NCBI RefSeq assembly: GCF_050920415.1
Contig: NZ_CP169309.1
Reading direction: 5' to 3' (one strand)
DNA length: 64,000 bases
DNA from: Escherichia coli
GTDB taxonomy: Bacteria > Pseudomonadota > Gammaproteobacteria > Enterobacterales > Enterobacteriaceae
Below the pieces are notes generated by a model. It saw only the letters and a program-made list of their open reading frames with translations. It was not told the DNA's origin and made no database searches. The position numbers and the translations under genes are program-made. Of the stretch, positions 11,258 to 23,695 are shown in pieces; within the stretch, counting starts at the first letter, position 1; every line of letters begins with the position of its first letter.

Positions 11258-14200
11258 ATGCCTGAACAATATCGTTATACGCTGCCCGTCAAAGCGGGTG
11301 AGCAGCGTCTGCTGGGCGAGTTAACTGGCGCTGCCTGCGCGACGCTGGTAGCGGAAATTGCCGAACGTCACGCCGGTCCGGTGGTACTTATTGCACCAGA
11401 TATGCAAAATGCTCTGCGTTTGCATGATGAAATCAGCCAGTTTACCGATCAGATGGTGATGAATCTGGCGGACTGGGAAACCCTTCCCTACGACAGTTTT
11501 TCACCTCATCAGGACATTATCTCCTCACGCCTTTCCACTCTTTACCAGCTACCGACGATGCAGCGTGGCGTACTGATTGTTCCGGTGAATACGCTTATGC
11601 AGCGCGTTTGCCCGCACAGTTTCCTCCACGGCCACGCGCTGATGATGAAAAAAGGTCAGCGGTTATCTCGTGATGCCTTGCGTACGCAACTGGACAGTGC
11701 CGGTTATCGCCATGTTGACCAGGTTATGGAGCACGGCGAATACGCCACGCGCGGCGCGTTGCTGGATCTTTTCCCGATGGGCAGCGACTTGCCTTATCGT
11801 CTTGATTTTTTTGATGATGAAATTGACAGTCTGCGGGTGTTTGACGTCGATAGCCAGCGCACGCTGGAGGAAGTAGAAGCGATCAATCTGTTGCCCGCGC
11901 ACGAATTTCCGACCGATAAAGCGGCGATTGAACTGTTCCGCAGCCAGTGGCGCGATACCTTCGAAGTGAAGCGCGACCCGGAACATATTTATCAGCAAGT
12001 GAGTAAAGGCACATTACCTGCCGGGATCGAGTACTGGCAGCCGCTATTCTTCAGCGAACCGCTGCCGCCACTGTTCAGTTATTTCCCTGCCAATACGCTG
12101 TTGGTGAATACTGGCGATCTGGAAAACAGTGCCGAACGTTTCCAGGCTGACACGCTGGCGCGTTTTGAAAATCGCGGCGTCGATCCGATGCGTCCACTGT
12201 TGCCACCACAATCGCTCTGGCTGCGGGTAGACGAGCTCTTTTCAGAGCTAAAAAACTGGCCGCGTGTGCAGCTAAAAACTGAACATTTACCGACAAAAGC
12301 AGCGAATGCCAATTTAGGTTTCCAGAAGCTGCCAGACCTGGCCGTTCAGGCACAACAAAAAGCGCCGCTGGATGCGCTGCGTAAGTTCCTCGAGTCTTTC
12401 GACGGTCCGGTGGTGTTCTCGGTAGAAAGTGAAGGTCGCCGTGAAGCGCTGGGTGAACTGCTCGCGCGAATTAAAATTGCTCCTCAACGCATTATGCGTC
12501 TTGATGAAGCCAACGACCGTGGGCGTTATCTGATGATTGGCGCTGCCGAACATGGTTTTGTCGATACGGTACGTAATCTGGCGCTGATTTGCGAAAGCGA
12601 TCTGCTCGGTGAACGCGTTGCCCGTCGTCGTCAGGATTCTCGCCGCGCCATCAACCCCGATACACTGATCCGTAACCTTGCGGAGCTGCATATTGGTCAG
12701 CCGGTGGTCCATCTGGAGCACGGCGTCGGGCGCTATGCAGGAATGACCACGCTGGAAGCCGGCGGCATTACCGGCGAGTATTTGATGCTCACCTATGCCA
12801 ACGACGCCAAACTGTATGTTCCGGTGTCGTCACTGCATCTGATTAGCCGGTACGCAGGTGGCGCGGAAGAAAATGCCCCGCTGCATAAACTTGGCGGCGA
12901 TGCGTGGTCACGCGCGCGGCAGAAAGCGGCGGAAAAAGTGCGTGATGTGGCGGCAGAATTGCTGGATATCTACGCGCAACGCGCCGCCAAAGAGGGCTTC
13001 GCGTTTAAACACGATCGTGAACAATATCAATTGTTCTGCGACAGCTTCCCGTTTGAAACCACGCCGGATCAGGCGCAAGCCATTAATGCAGTGCTTAGCG
13101 ATATGTGTCAGCCGCTGGCGATGGATCGTCTGGTGTGCGGCGATGTTGGCTTTGGTAAAACAGAAGTTGCGATGCGCGCCGCTTTCCTGGCGGTAGATAA
13201 CCACAAGCAGGTGGCGGTGCTGGTGCCTACCACCCTTCTCGCGCAGCAGCATTACGACAACTTCCGCGACCGTTTCGCCAACTGGCCGGTACGCATCGAA
13301 ATGATCTCCCGTTTCCGCAGCGCCAAAGAGCAGACGCAAATCCTTGCGGAAGTGGCGGAAGGGAAAATCGATATTCTGATCGGTACGCACAAACTGCTGC
13401 AAAATGACGTCAAGTTTAAAGATTTAGGTCTGCTGATTGTCGATGAAGAACACCGCTTCGGGGTGCGTCATAAAGAGCGCATTAAAGCGATGCGGGCGAA
13501 CGTGGATATTCTGACACTTACCGCAACGCCGATCCCACGTACGCTGAATATGGCGATGAGCGGAATGCGCGATCTGTCGATTATTGCCACGCCGCCAGCC
13601 CGTCGTCTGGCAGTTAAAACCTTTGTTCGTGAGTACGATAGTCTGGTGGTACGGGAGGCGATCCTGCGCGAAATTCTGCGCGGGGGGCAGGTTTATTATC
13701 TCTACAATGATGTGGAAAACATTCAGAAAGCCGCCGAACGAATGGCAGAACTGGTACCAGAAGCGCGGATCGCCATCGGTCACGGGCAGATGCGCGAGCG
13801 CGAACTGGAACGGGTGATGAATGATTTCCATCATCAACGTTTCAACGTGCTGGTTTGTACCACCATTATCGAAACCGGGATCGATATCCCGACTGCCAAC
13901 ACCATTATCATCGAGCGAGCGGATCACTTCGGTCTGGCGCAGCTGCATCAGTTGCGCGGTCGAGTCGGACGTTCGCATCATCAGGCATATGCATGGCTGC
14001 TGACGCCGCATCCAAAAGCGATGACCACCGATGCGCAAAAACGTCTTGAAGCGATTGCCTCGCTGGAAGATCTCGGTGCAGGTTTTGCGCTGGCAACGCA
14101 CGATCTGGAGATCCGCGGCGCAGGTGAACTGCTTGGCGAAGAACAAAGCGGCTCAATGGAAACCATCGGTTTCTCGCTGTATATGGAGTTGCTGGAAAAC

Positions 14201-14704
14201 GCCGTCGATGCGCTGAAAGCCGGACGCGAGCCATCGCTGGAAGATCTCACCAGTCAGCAAACAGAAGTCGAGCTGCGGATGCCGTCGCTATTGCCAGATG
14301 ATTTCATTCCTGACGTGAATACGCGTTTGTCGTTCTATAAACGTATTGCCAGCGCCAAAACGGAAAACGAACTGGAAGAGATCAAAGTTGAGCTTATCGA
14401 TCGCTTCGGCCTGCTGCCGGATCCGGCGCGTACCCTGCTGGATATTGCCCGTCTGCGCCAGCAAGCGCAGAAACTGGGGATCAGGAAGCTGGAAGGTAAT
14501 GAGAAAGGTGGGGTGATCGAATTTGCCGAGAAGAATCACGTTAATCCGGCCTGGTTGATTGGTTTGCTGCAAAAACAGCCACAGCATTACCGCCTTGATG
14601 GTCCGACGCGCCTGAAGTTTATTCAGGATTTGAGCGAGCGGAAAACGCGTATCGAATGGATTCGCCAGTTTATGCGTGAACTGGAAGAGAACGCGATCGC
14701 TTAA
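11258..14704 (+). CDS. mfd: Transcription-repair coupling factor Mfd
   Basis: 1148 aa from ATG at 11258 (MPEQYRYTLP); helicase motifs GDVGFGKTEVA and DEEHRFG. Confidence 0.96.
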   Translation: MPEQYRYTLPVKAGEQRLLGELTGAACATLVAEIAERHAGPVVLIAPDMQNALRLHDEISQFTDQMVMNLADWETLPYDSFSPHQDIISSRLSTLYQLPTMQRGVLIVPVNTLMQRVCPHSFLHGHALMMKKGQRLSRDALRTQLDSAGYRHVDQVMEHGEYATRGALLDLFPMGSDLPYRLDFFDDEIDSLRVFDVDSQRTLEEVEAINLLPAHEFPTDKAAIELFRSQWRDTFEVKRDPEHIYQQVSKGTLPAGIEYWQPLFFSEPLPPLFSYFPANTLLVNTGDLENSAERFQADTLARFENRGVDPMRPLLPPQSLWLRVDELFSELKNWPRVQLKTEHLPTKAANANLGFQKLPDLAVQAQQKAPLDALRKFLESFDGPVVFSVESEGRREALGELLARIKIAPQRIMRLDEANDRGRYLMIGAAEHGFVDTVRNLALICESDLLGERVARRRQDSRRAINPDTLIRNLAELHIGQPVVHLEHGVGRYAGMTTLEAGGITGEYLMLTYANDAKLYVPVSSLHLISRYAGGAEENAPLHKLGGDAWSRARQKAAEKVRDVAAELLDIYAQRAAKEGFAFKHDREQYQLFCDSFPFETTPDQAQAINAVLSDMCQPLAMDRLVCGDVGFGKTEVAMRAAFLAVDNHKQVAVLVPTTLLAQQHYDNFRDRFANWPVRIEMISRFRSAKEQTQILAEVAEGKIDILIGTHKLLQNDVKFKDLGLLIVDEEHRFGVRHKERIKAMRANVDILTLTATPIPRTLNMAMSGMRDLSIIATPPARRLAVKTFVREYDSLVVREAILREILRGGQVYYLYNDVENIQKAAERMAELVPEARIAIGHGQMRERELERVMNDFHHQRFNVLVCTTIIETGIDIPTANTIIIERADHFGLAQLHQLRGRVGRSHHQAYAWLLTPHPKAMTTDAQKRLEAIASLEDLGAGFALATHDLEIRGAGELLGEEQSGSMETIGFSLYMELLENAVDALKAGREPSLEDLTSQQTEVELRMPSLLPDDFIPDVNTRLSFYKRIASAKTENELEEIKVELIDRFGLLPDPARTLLDIARLRQQAQKLGIRKLEGNEKGGVIEFAEKNHVNPAWLIGLLQKQPQHYRLDGPTRLKFIQDLSERKTRIEWIRQFMRELEENAIA

Positions 14705-14847
14705 TGGTAAATCGGGGGCGTTTCTGCGCCCCCATATCCAACATTTACAAATTATTTGCACTTCCCTGCACTATCCGACACTGTCACCATCCATAATTCA
14801 TACTTATCTTTTTATTATAATAACCTTATATTTATTATGGATTTTTG

Positions 14848-15810
14848 GTGATGATCAAAACGCGTTTTTCTCGCTGGCTAACGTTTTTTACGTTCGCCGC
14901 TGCCGTGGCGCTGGCGCTACCGGTAAAAGCCAACACCTGGCCGCTGCCGCCAGCGGGCAGTCGTCTGGTTGGCGAAAACAAATTTCATGTGGTGGAAAAT
15001 GACGGTGGTTCTCTGGAAGCCATCGCCAAAAAATATAATGTCGGCTTTCTCGCTCTGTTACAGGCTAACCCCGGCGTTGATCCTTACGTGCCGCGCGCGG
15101 GTAGCGTGTTAACGATCCCGTTGCAAACCCTACTTCCAGATGCGCCGCGCGAAGGCATTGTGATCAATATTGCGGAACTGCGTCTCTATTACTACCCGCC
15201 GGGTAAAAATTCGGTAACCGTGTATCCCATCGGCATTGGTCAGTTGGGTGGTGACACGCTGACACCGACAATGGTGACCACCGTTTCTGACAAGCGTGCA
15301 AACCCAACCTGGACGCCAACGGCAAACATTCGCGCGCGGTATAAGGCACAGGGAATTGAGTTGCCTGCGGTAGTTCCGGCTGGACCGGATAACCCAATGG
15401 GCCATCATGCGATTCGTCTGGCGGCCTATGGCGGTGTTTATTTGCTTCACGGTACGAACGCCGATTTCGGCATTGGCATGCGGGTAAGTTCTGGCTGTAT
15501 TCGTCTGCGGGATGACGATATCAAAACACTCTTTAGCCAGGTCACCCCAGGTACCAAAGTGAATATCATCAACACCCCGATTAAAGTCTCTGCCGAACCA
15601 AACGGTGCGCGTCTGGTTGAAGTACATCAGCCACTGTCAGAGAAGATTGATGACGATCCGCAACTGTTGCCAATTACACTGAATAGCGCAATGCAATCAT
15701 TTAAAGATGCAGCGCAAACTGACGCTGAAGTGATGCAGCATGTGATGGATGTCCGTTCCGGGATGCCGGTGGATGTCCGCCGTCATCAAGTGAGCCCACA
15801 AACTTTGTAA
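14848..15810 (+). CDS. ldtC: L,D-transpeptidase LdtC (YcfS)
   Basis: LysM plus YkuD domain with catalytic Cys (SSGCIRL); start assigned to GTG at 14848 (ATG at 14851 is an alternative). Confidence 0.9.
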   Translation: MMIKTRFSRWLTFFTFAAAVALALPVKANTWPLPPAGSRLVGENKFHVVENDGGSLEAIAKKYNVGFLALLQANPGVDPYVPRAGSVLTIPLQTLLPDAPREGIVINIAELRLYYYPPGKNSVTVYPIGIGQLGGDTLTPTMVTTVSDKRANPTWTPTANIRARYKAQGIELPAVVPAGPDNPMGHHAIRLAAYGGVYLLHGTNADFGIGMRVSSGCIRLRDDDIKTLFSQVTPGTKVNIINTPIKVSAEPNGARLVEVHQPLSEKIDDDPQLLPITLNSAMQSFKDAAQTDAEVMQHVMDVRSGMPVDVRRHQVSPQTL

Positions 15811-15818
15811 ATCCTGGA

Positions 15819-15853
15819 TAAAAAAATCCCCGCGACACGGCATGTCGCGGGGA
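15819..15853 (-). terminator. Intrinsic terminator downstream of bhsA
   Basis: tccccgcgaca...tgtcgcgggga hairpin; the A-run on the plus strand gives a U-run on the minus strand. Confidence 0.65.
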
Positions 15854-15892
15854 AAAAAATCAGCAGTAGCAGGCATTAATGAGGGTTAATGC

Positions 15893-16150
15893 TTATTTAT
15901 AAATTACTGCTGTTCCATGGAGGGTATTCGGACCGGTTACAGAAGTAATACGGAAAGATTTTGCGCCCATCTCATCCGCTTTTTGCGCCAGCTGCTCTTC
16001 CAGCGATCCCAGATTTGTCCCCGCGTTAGCACTGATAGTACCGACTTTTTGTTGGCCTTCTGGCGTTGACTGAACTTCGACAGCCGCAAAGCTGGCAAAT
16101 GACATTGAGCTTAAAATCGCCGCAGCGATGAGGGTTTTTACGTTTTTCAT
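15893..16150 (-). CDS. bhsA: Stress/biofilm outer-membrane protein BhsA (YcfR, ComC)
   Basis: 85-aa secreted protein, YhcN/BhsA family. Confidence 0.92.
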   Translation of the reverse strand: MKNVKTLIAAAILSSMSFASFAAVEVQSTPEGQQKVGTISANAGTNLGSLEEQLAQKADEMGAKSFRITSVTGPNTLHGTAVIYK

Positions 16151-16218
16151 AATAGTGGCCTTATGCAGATGAATGACGTCGCAAGCAATTACTTAACGAT
16201 CGATAACTAAATGATAGA

Positions 16219-16234
16219 TGTGATCTGGATCACA
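16219..16234. promoter_or_regulatory. Perfect 16-bp palindrome TGTGATCTGGATCACA in the bhsA-comR divergent region (candidate ComR operator or CRP-like site)
   Basis: Exact palindrome; matches the TGTGA-N6-TCACA core. Confidence 0.4.
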
Positions 16235-16390
16235 TACAAGATATTTTTTATAACAATCATTAATTAATTTAAAAATCTTTAAATTTCAGTTAAATAGAAA
16301 GCAATTATTTTTATGGTTTGTGGACTGGTGAACGGAGGTGATTATTTTTATAATAACCTTTCATTCACAGTCACCAGGTACAACGGCATC

Positions 16391-17023
16391 ATGGCAACTG
16401 ACTCAACACAATGTGTAAAAAAAAGCCGTGGCCGCCCAAAAGTGTTCGACAGGGATGCCGCGCTTGATAAGGCCATGAAATTGTTCTGGCAGCACGGTTA
16501 TGAAGCGACTTCTCTTGCGGACCTCGTCGAAGCGACCGGAGCCAAAGCGCCCACGCTATACGCGGAATTTACCAACAAAGAGGGGTTATTCCGCGCCGTA
16601 CTCGACCGCTATATCGATCGTTTTGCCGCTAAGCATGAAGCACAGCTGTTTTGTGAAGAGAAAAGCGTGGAGTCTGCGCTGGCTGACTATTTTGCTGCCA
16701 TCGCCAACTGCTTTACCAGCAAAGACACCCCGGCTGGCTGCTTTATGATCAACAACTGCACCACCCTCTCCCCGGATTCCGGAGATATCGCCAATACGCT
16801 GAAATCACGCCATGCGATGCAAGAGCGCACTTTGCAGCAGTTTTTATGTCAACGACAAGCGCGCGGGGAAATCCCGACCCACTGTGATGTGACGCATCTG
16901 GCTGAATTCCTCAATTGTATTATTCAGGGGATGTCGATCAGCGCACGCGAAGGTGCATCGCTGGAAAAACTGATGCAGATTGCCCGAACGACTTTGCGTT
17001 TATGGCCCGAACTGGTGAAATAA
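16391..17023 (+). CDS. comR: TetR-family repressor ComR (YcfQ)
   Basis: 210 aa from ATG at 16391 (MATDSTQCVKK); N-terminal TetR helix-turn-helix. Confidence 0.92.
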   Translation: MATDSTQCVKKSRGRPKVFDRDAALDKAMKLFWQHGYEATSLADLVEATGAKAPTLYAEFTNKEGLFRAVLDRYIDRFAAKHEAQLFCEEKSVESALADYFAAIANCFTSKDTPAGCFMINNCTTLSPDSGDIANTLKSRHAMQERTLQQFLCQRQARGEIPTHCDVTHLAEFLNCIIQGMSISAREGASLEKLMQIARTTLRLWPELVK

Positions 17024-17085
17024 GGCGCAAAAAAAAGCCCCTCAGCCTGAGCGAATGGGGGGCTAAATTGCAGAATACAGCCTTG

Positions 17086-17625
17086 TTATACTTTGTTATT
17101 CAAAATCAGTTGCCCGTTGCCATCTAACGGGATCTGCGTACCCGGATCGCGGTCCATGCGGATTTTGCCCTGCTGATCGCCAATCTTATAGGTCACATCA
17201 TAACCGAGCATTTTTTCTGACTTGTCATACACCGTTTTACAACGCTGTTGCGTAGTCGTGTAAGTATCGCTTTCCTGGAGAGAGCCCTGGATCTGGTTAC
17301 CGGCATAGCCACCTCCCAGCGCCCCCACAACAGTGGCGACATCTTTACCGCGACCACCGCCAAACTGATGCCCTATCACGCCGCCAGCAACAGCGCCGAG
17401 CACCGACCCGGTAATGCGATTTTCATCCTGCACCGGTCGACGATGGGTCACTGTGACGTTGCGACACTCCTGACGCGGTGTTTTAACCGTTTCCTTGATT
17501 GGGGTTGCAGAAACAACCTGAGCGTATTGCGGGCCACGTTCAAACACGTTCAGACTGGCCACTGCCGCTACGCCCAACGCAGCTGCGACACCAATCCCCA
17601 TACCCGCCAACATTGATTTATTCAC
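17086..17625 (-). CDS. ycfJ: Glycine-zipper membrane protein YcfJ
   Basis: 179 aa from GTG at 17625 with AAGGAGGTG 5 nt upstream. Confidence 0.88.
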   Translation of the reverse strand: MNKSMLAGMGIGVAAALGVAAVASLNVFERGPQYAQVVSATPIKETVKTPRQECRNVTVTHRRPVQDENRITGSVLGAVAGGVIGHQFGGGRGKDVATVVGALGGGYAGNQIQGSLQESDTYTTTQQRCKTVYDKSEKMLGYDVTYKIGDQQGKIRMDRDPGTQIPLDGNGQLILNNKV

Positions 17626-17752
17626 GGGAACACCTCCTTCTTTGCTGTTATGCCAATCATGCAAGTGAAGGAGAAAAGCAGCTATCAGACAGAAGATGAA
17701 AAGCGCGGGAATGGCTGGAAATACTTAGGGATTCGGAGGAGTCTGAAGGAAT

Positions 17753-17841
<89 letters not shown>

Positions 17842-17851
17842 TACAAGCCGA

Positions 17852-19156
17852 TTAATGCAACTTCAAACGTGGACGGATAACGCGGTTAATACTCCCCACC
17901 AGCATCATTAATCCGGTTTTAAAGTAACCATGCAGCGCAATCTGATGCATTCTGTATAGCGAGATGTATACAAAGCGCGCAATTCGTCCTTCAATCATCA
18001 TTGAGCCGCGCGTCAGGTTACCCATCAGGCTACCAACGGTGGAGAAATTCGACAACGATACCAGCGAACCGTGATCTTTATACTGATAATTTTTCAGCGG
18101 CTTACCGTTCATCTGCGCCAGAATGTTGTTCATTGCGCAGGTTGCCATCTGGTGTGCGGCCTGCGCACGCGGCGGAACAAAGCCCCCTTCCGGACGCGGG
18201 CATGACGCGCAGTCGCCAATAGCGTATATGTCTGGATCGCGAGTGGTTTGCAGCGTCGGTTCCACCACCAGCTGGTTGATACGGTTGGTTTCAAGACCAC
18301 CGATATCTTTCAGGAAGTCTGGCGCTTTGATCCCGGCTGCCCACACCATCAGATCAGCCTCAATATATTCACCATCTTTAGTGTGCAGGCCGCCTTCATC
18401 AGCACTGGTGACCATGGTTTGCGTCAGCACGCGAACGCCAAGTTTCGTTAACTCATTATGGGCCGCAGCAGAAATACGTGGCGGCAACGCAGGCAAAATA
18501 CGTTCGCCCGCTTCTACCAGCGTTACGTTCAGGGCTTCGTTGGTCAGACCTTTATAACCGTAGCTGTGCAGTTGCTTGACCGCGTTGTGCAATTCTGCGG
18601 AGAGTTCTACACCCGTCGCGCCGCCGCCGACAATCGCAATGTTCACTTTACCATTCGCGCCCAGGTTGGCGGAGTATTTCAGGAACAGATTCAGCATCTC
18701 CTGGTGGAAACGACGCGCCTGATGCGGGTTATCGAGGAAAATGCAGTTCTCTTTGACTCCTGGCGTATTGAAATCGTTAGAGGTGCTGCCCAACGCCATT
18801 ACCAGGGTGTCATAGGCGATTTTACGTTCCGGAACCAGCAGTTCACCTTTCTCGTCGCGCAGTTCTGCAATAGTGATTGTTTTCGCTTCACGATCAATAT
18901 CAATGACGGAACCCAGCTGGAACTGGAAACCATGATTGCGCGCATGGGCCAGATAGCTCAACGCATCGACGCCTTCATCAAGCGAGCCAGTCGCCACTTC
19001 GTGCAGCAGCGGTTTCCACAAGTGGCTGTGGTTACGATCGACCAGCGTAATTTTGGCTTTTTTCTTGCGTCCCAGCTTATGTCCCAGCTGTGTCGCCATT
19101 TCCAGCCCACCAGCACCGCCGCCGACAATCACAATTTTTTTCAATGGCGTAGTCAA
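17852..19156 (-). CDS. ndh: Type II NADH:quinone oxidoreductase Ndh (NDH-2)
   Basis: 434 aa starting [17 protein letters not shown] from TTG at 19156 with AAGGGGGT upstream; FAD/NAD Rossmann motifs. Confidence 0.93.
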
Positions 19157-19417
19157 CGTGACCCCCTTAAATTTATTAACCAATTGTTAACTAATGGTTA
19201 TTAGCATAGCTCTTAATTAACAACAGGTTACAGCAATGAAAATGTTCTTCGTTATTGAGAATAACATGAATGGTGCATTGGTCATACCAAAATTGATGTT
19301 AATCAAGTTTTGTTGCTGAAAAGATAGGCTGATTTACCGGATGAGATCAAAAAATACAGCTTATTGTTTATTATTTAAACGAATTCAGGAGGGTGAGACG
19401 TATATGGAGGGCGTTTG

Positions 19418-19499
<82 letters not shown>

Positions 19500-19561
19500 A
19501 GAATTTACAGAATCTGGAACGCATCAGGTATCAGCAAGGTTACCTGATGCGACGAGGGCAT

Positions 19562-20104
19562 TTAACCGAGGGTTTTGAACGCTTTAATGCGCTGCAAATG
19601 CGGGGAGATATTCTTGAATTTGTGCGTCTGCTCTTCGTCCCAGACAATCTCGTAATAATGATGCAACTCTTCAGATGTCCGCTGGCTGTTAAGCGCTTCA
19701 TCGTTACGCGACAAAATCACCAGACAACGATCGCGATTCTTCTCGCGGAAGTTGGTCACACACTTAGTGGCAATATCGGCATACTCTTCCGGGCGATCAA
19801 TCTTGCCTTCCATGTTCTCATAAGGGAACAAATTAGGATTGAAGATCACCTGGCGGATATCGCAAAGAAAACCAATTCGCTCCGCCCAGTATCCGCCCAG
19901 ACCAACGCCGCATATCAGCGGACGCTCATCGACGTTTAGTTGCAGCATTTTGTCCACTTCTTTGAGCAGATGCTGCATATCATGTTTCGGATGCCGCGTA
20001 CTGTAGCTTATCAAGCGTACATCCGGGTCAATAAACTGCAATTGTAAGACTTTCTCGTGGTTACCCGGACTGTTAGAGTCAAAACCGTGTAAATAGATAA
20101 TCAT
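19562..20104 (-). CDS. ycfP: Alpha/beta hydrolase-fold protein YcfP
   Basis: 180 aa from ATG at 20104 ([10 protein letters not shown]). Confidence 0.9.
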
Positions 20105-20126
20105 CGCTTCCTCACATAAGCCAGGG

Positions 20127-21967
<1,841 letters not shown>

Positions 21968-21987
<20 letters not shown>

Positions 21988-22609
21988 CTTTACCTGACCA
22001 GATAATTTCACCCGTCTGCACCAGCATCAGCTGCATTTGTAGGGTCGGAGCGTTAACGTTGCCAGAGGCGCTGGAGTACAGCACGTAATGAGCGCCGACA
22101 TTGCGGGCAATGCCTATGGCTTTACTACGGGTACCTAAACTGTCCTGCGGCGACAAACCTAACTGTTGCTTCGCCATCGACAGCTGCTGGGCGGAAACCA
22201 GGGTAAATTTACCGTTATTAGCCAGTGCATTGCGCAGCGTTTCGGTCGCTTCTGCGGCATTCAGCGAACCGTTAGTACGGTTGTTAACACTATCAACCAG
22301 CAGGACGCTACCCGCAGTCACACCGTCAGCCCCAAGCATTTTACTGACCATCGGCTGCATTGCGCCATTCCAGTCATAATGGCGAATATGCGGTGCAGGC
22401 GGTGCGGTTTGATCTTCATGCTCAATTGGCCCTGGCTGCTGCGGGATCGTCGGCACCGAGGGCACTGTGGGGACAGGCTGTTGTGGCTCGGCTGGTTGTT
22501 CCGGCGCTGGTTTCACTTCTTCTACCGGTGCAGGTTCACGTTGCCCCACACACCCGGCGAGAAACATCGCCAGCGCGGTAATCAAGGCGTAGCGACTCAT
22601 TTTTGTCAT
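21968..22609 (-). CDS. lpoB: Outer-membrane lipoprotein LpoB (PBP1b activator)
   Basis: 213 aa with lipoprotein signal (LAGC) and Pro-rich linker. Confidence 0.93.
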
Positions 22610-22622
22610 CAAGATTCACCCC

Positions 22623-23000
22623 TTACAAATATAGATAAAGTCTGACTTTGTGCGCCCCCAGAAAATTGGCGCTGCCGTACAGCGTTACCGCCGAATGTGC
22701 GGGAATGGTAACGCTGCGTGGCCTTTCCAGAGGATGCATCTCCAGCCCTCTGGCGTCATACCAGTAAAAACGATAATGAACGGTAACGGGTTCTTGCCTT
22801 TCGTTATAAAGCGTTGAGGATGCTGAAGGTTGAATATCAGACGTCGAAAGGACGGGCTTTTCTGCACTGATGCCCGCAGCCAATAAAGATGACTCCATCA
22901 CCAGCGATTGCTCATCATTCACCGGAATTTCCGGATGTGAACGACAGCCCACCAGCACTAACAACGCCAGAGACACCAGCCCAAAGCATCCTTTTCTCAT
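22623..23000 (-). CDS. ycfL: Lipoprotein YcfL
   Basis: 125 aa with lipobox LVGC. Confidence 0.88.
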   Translation of the reverse strand: MRKGCFGLVSLALLVLVGCRSHPEIPVNDEQSLVMESSLLAAGISAEKPVLSTSDIQPSASSTLYNERQEPVTVHYRFYWYDARGLEMHPLERPRSVTIPAHSAVTLYGSANFLGAHKVRLYLYL

Positions 23001-23002
23001 CG

Positions 23003-23362
23003 TTACAGACCTTTATGCGCCAGCATTGGTCCCAGCGGACGGCCACCCAACAAGTGCATATGGATGTGATACACCTCTTGTCCGCCATGGCGATTGGTGT
23101 TCATGATCAGACGATAGCCATCTTCGGCAATACCTTCTTGCTCAGCAATTTTTGCCGCTACGGTGATCATGCGTCCCAGCGCCTGCTCGTGCTCAGCAGA
23201 CACGTCGTTCACAGTTGGAATAAGGATATTTGGAATGATCAGAATATGCGTTGGCGCTTGCGGCGAAATATCGCGAAACGCCGTTACCAGATCATCCTGG
23301 TAGACGATATCGGAGGGGATCTCACGACGAATAATTTTGCTGAATATAGTTTCTTCTGCCAC
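23003..23362 (-). CDS. hinT: Purine nucleoside phosphoramidase HinT (HIT family)
   Basis: 119 aa from GTG at 23362 ([16 protein letters not shown]); HIT motif HxHxH (HIHMHLL). Confidence 0.92.
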   Translation of the reverse strand: MAEETIFSKIIRREIPSDIVYQDDLVTAFRDISPQAPTHILIIPNILIPTVNDVSAEHEQALGRMITVAAKIAEQEGIAEDGYRLIMNTNRHGGQEVYHIHMHLLGGRPLGPMLAHKGL

Positions 23363-23695
23363 GACATTTTCCTTTTTCAAATAGCCATGCGTTGCGCCAT
23401 GCTACGCCGCGCCACACTGCGAGTATAGAGTATGGTCGAGTTAAACCTGCTCTTTCAACCTTAACTCACGATTTCTTAAGCAAAAAATCGTTTTGCTGCC
23501 GTATATATCGTCATTATTCCCATTTCTGCCTGCGAATTCGCTGAAAAGACATTCTCTGTTTGGTTTACACGCCAAATATGAATGCGTATATTTCTCATTT
23601 GCATTTACATGCAAAATTATTCGCACACTATATATAACCGCTCATCATCCTCCTCCTGCATGAGCCTGACGACAACATAAACCAAGAGATTTCAA

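Noticed and set aside
23381-23695. Fur box upstream of fhuE
   Set aside because: fhuE is expected to be Fur-regulated and the region is AT-rich (aatgcgtatatttctcatttgcattt), but I could not identify a convincing match to the 19-bp Fur consensus by eye.
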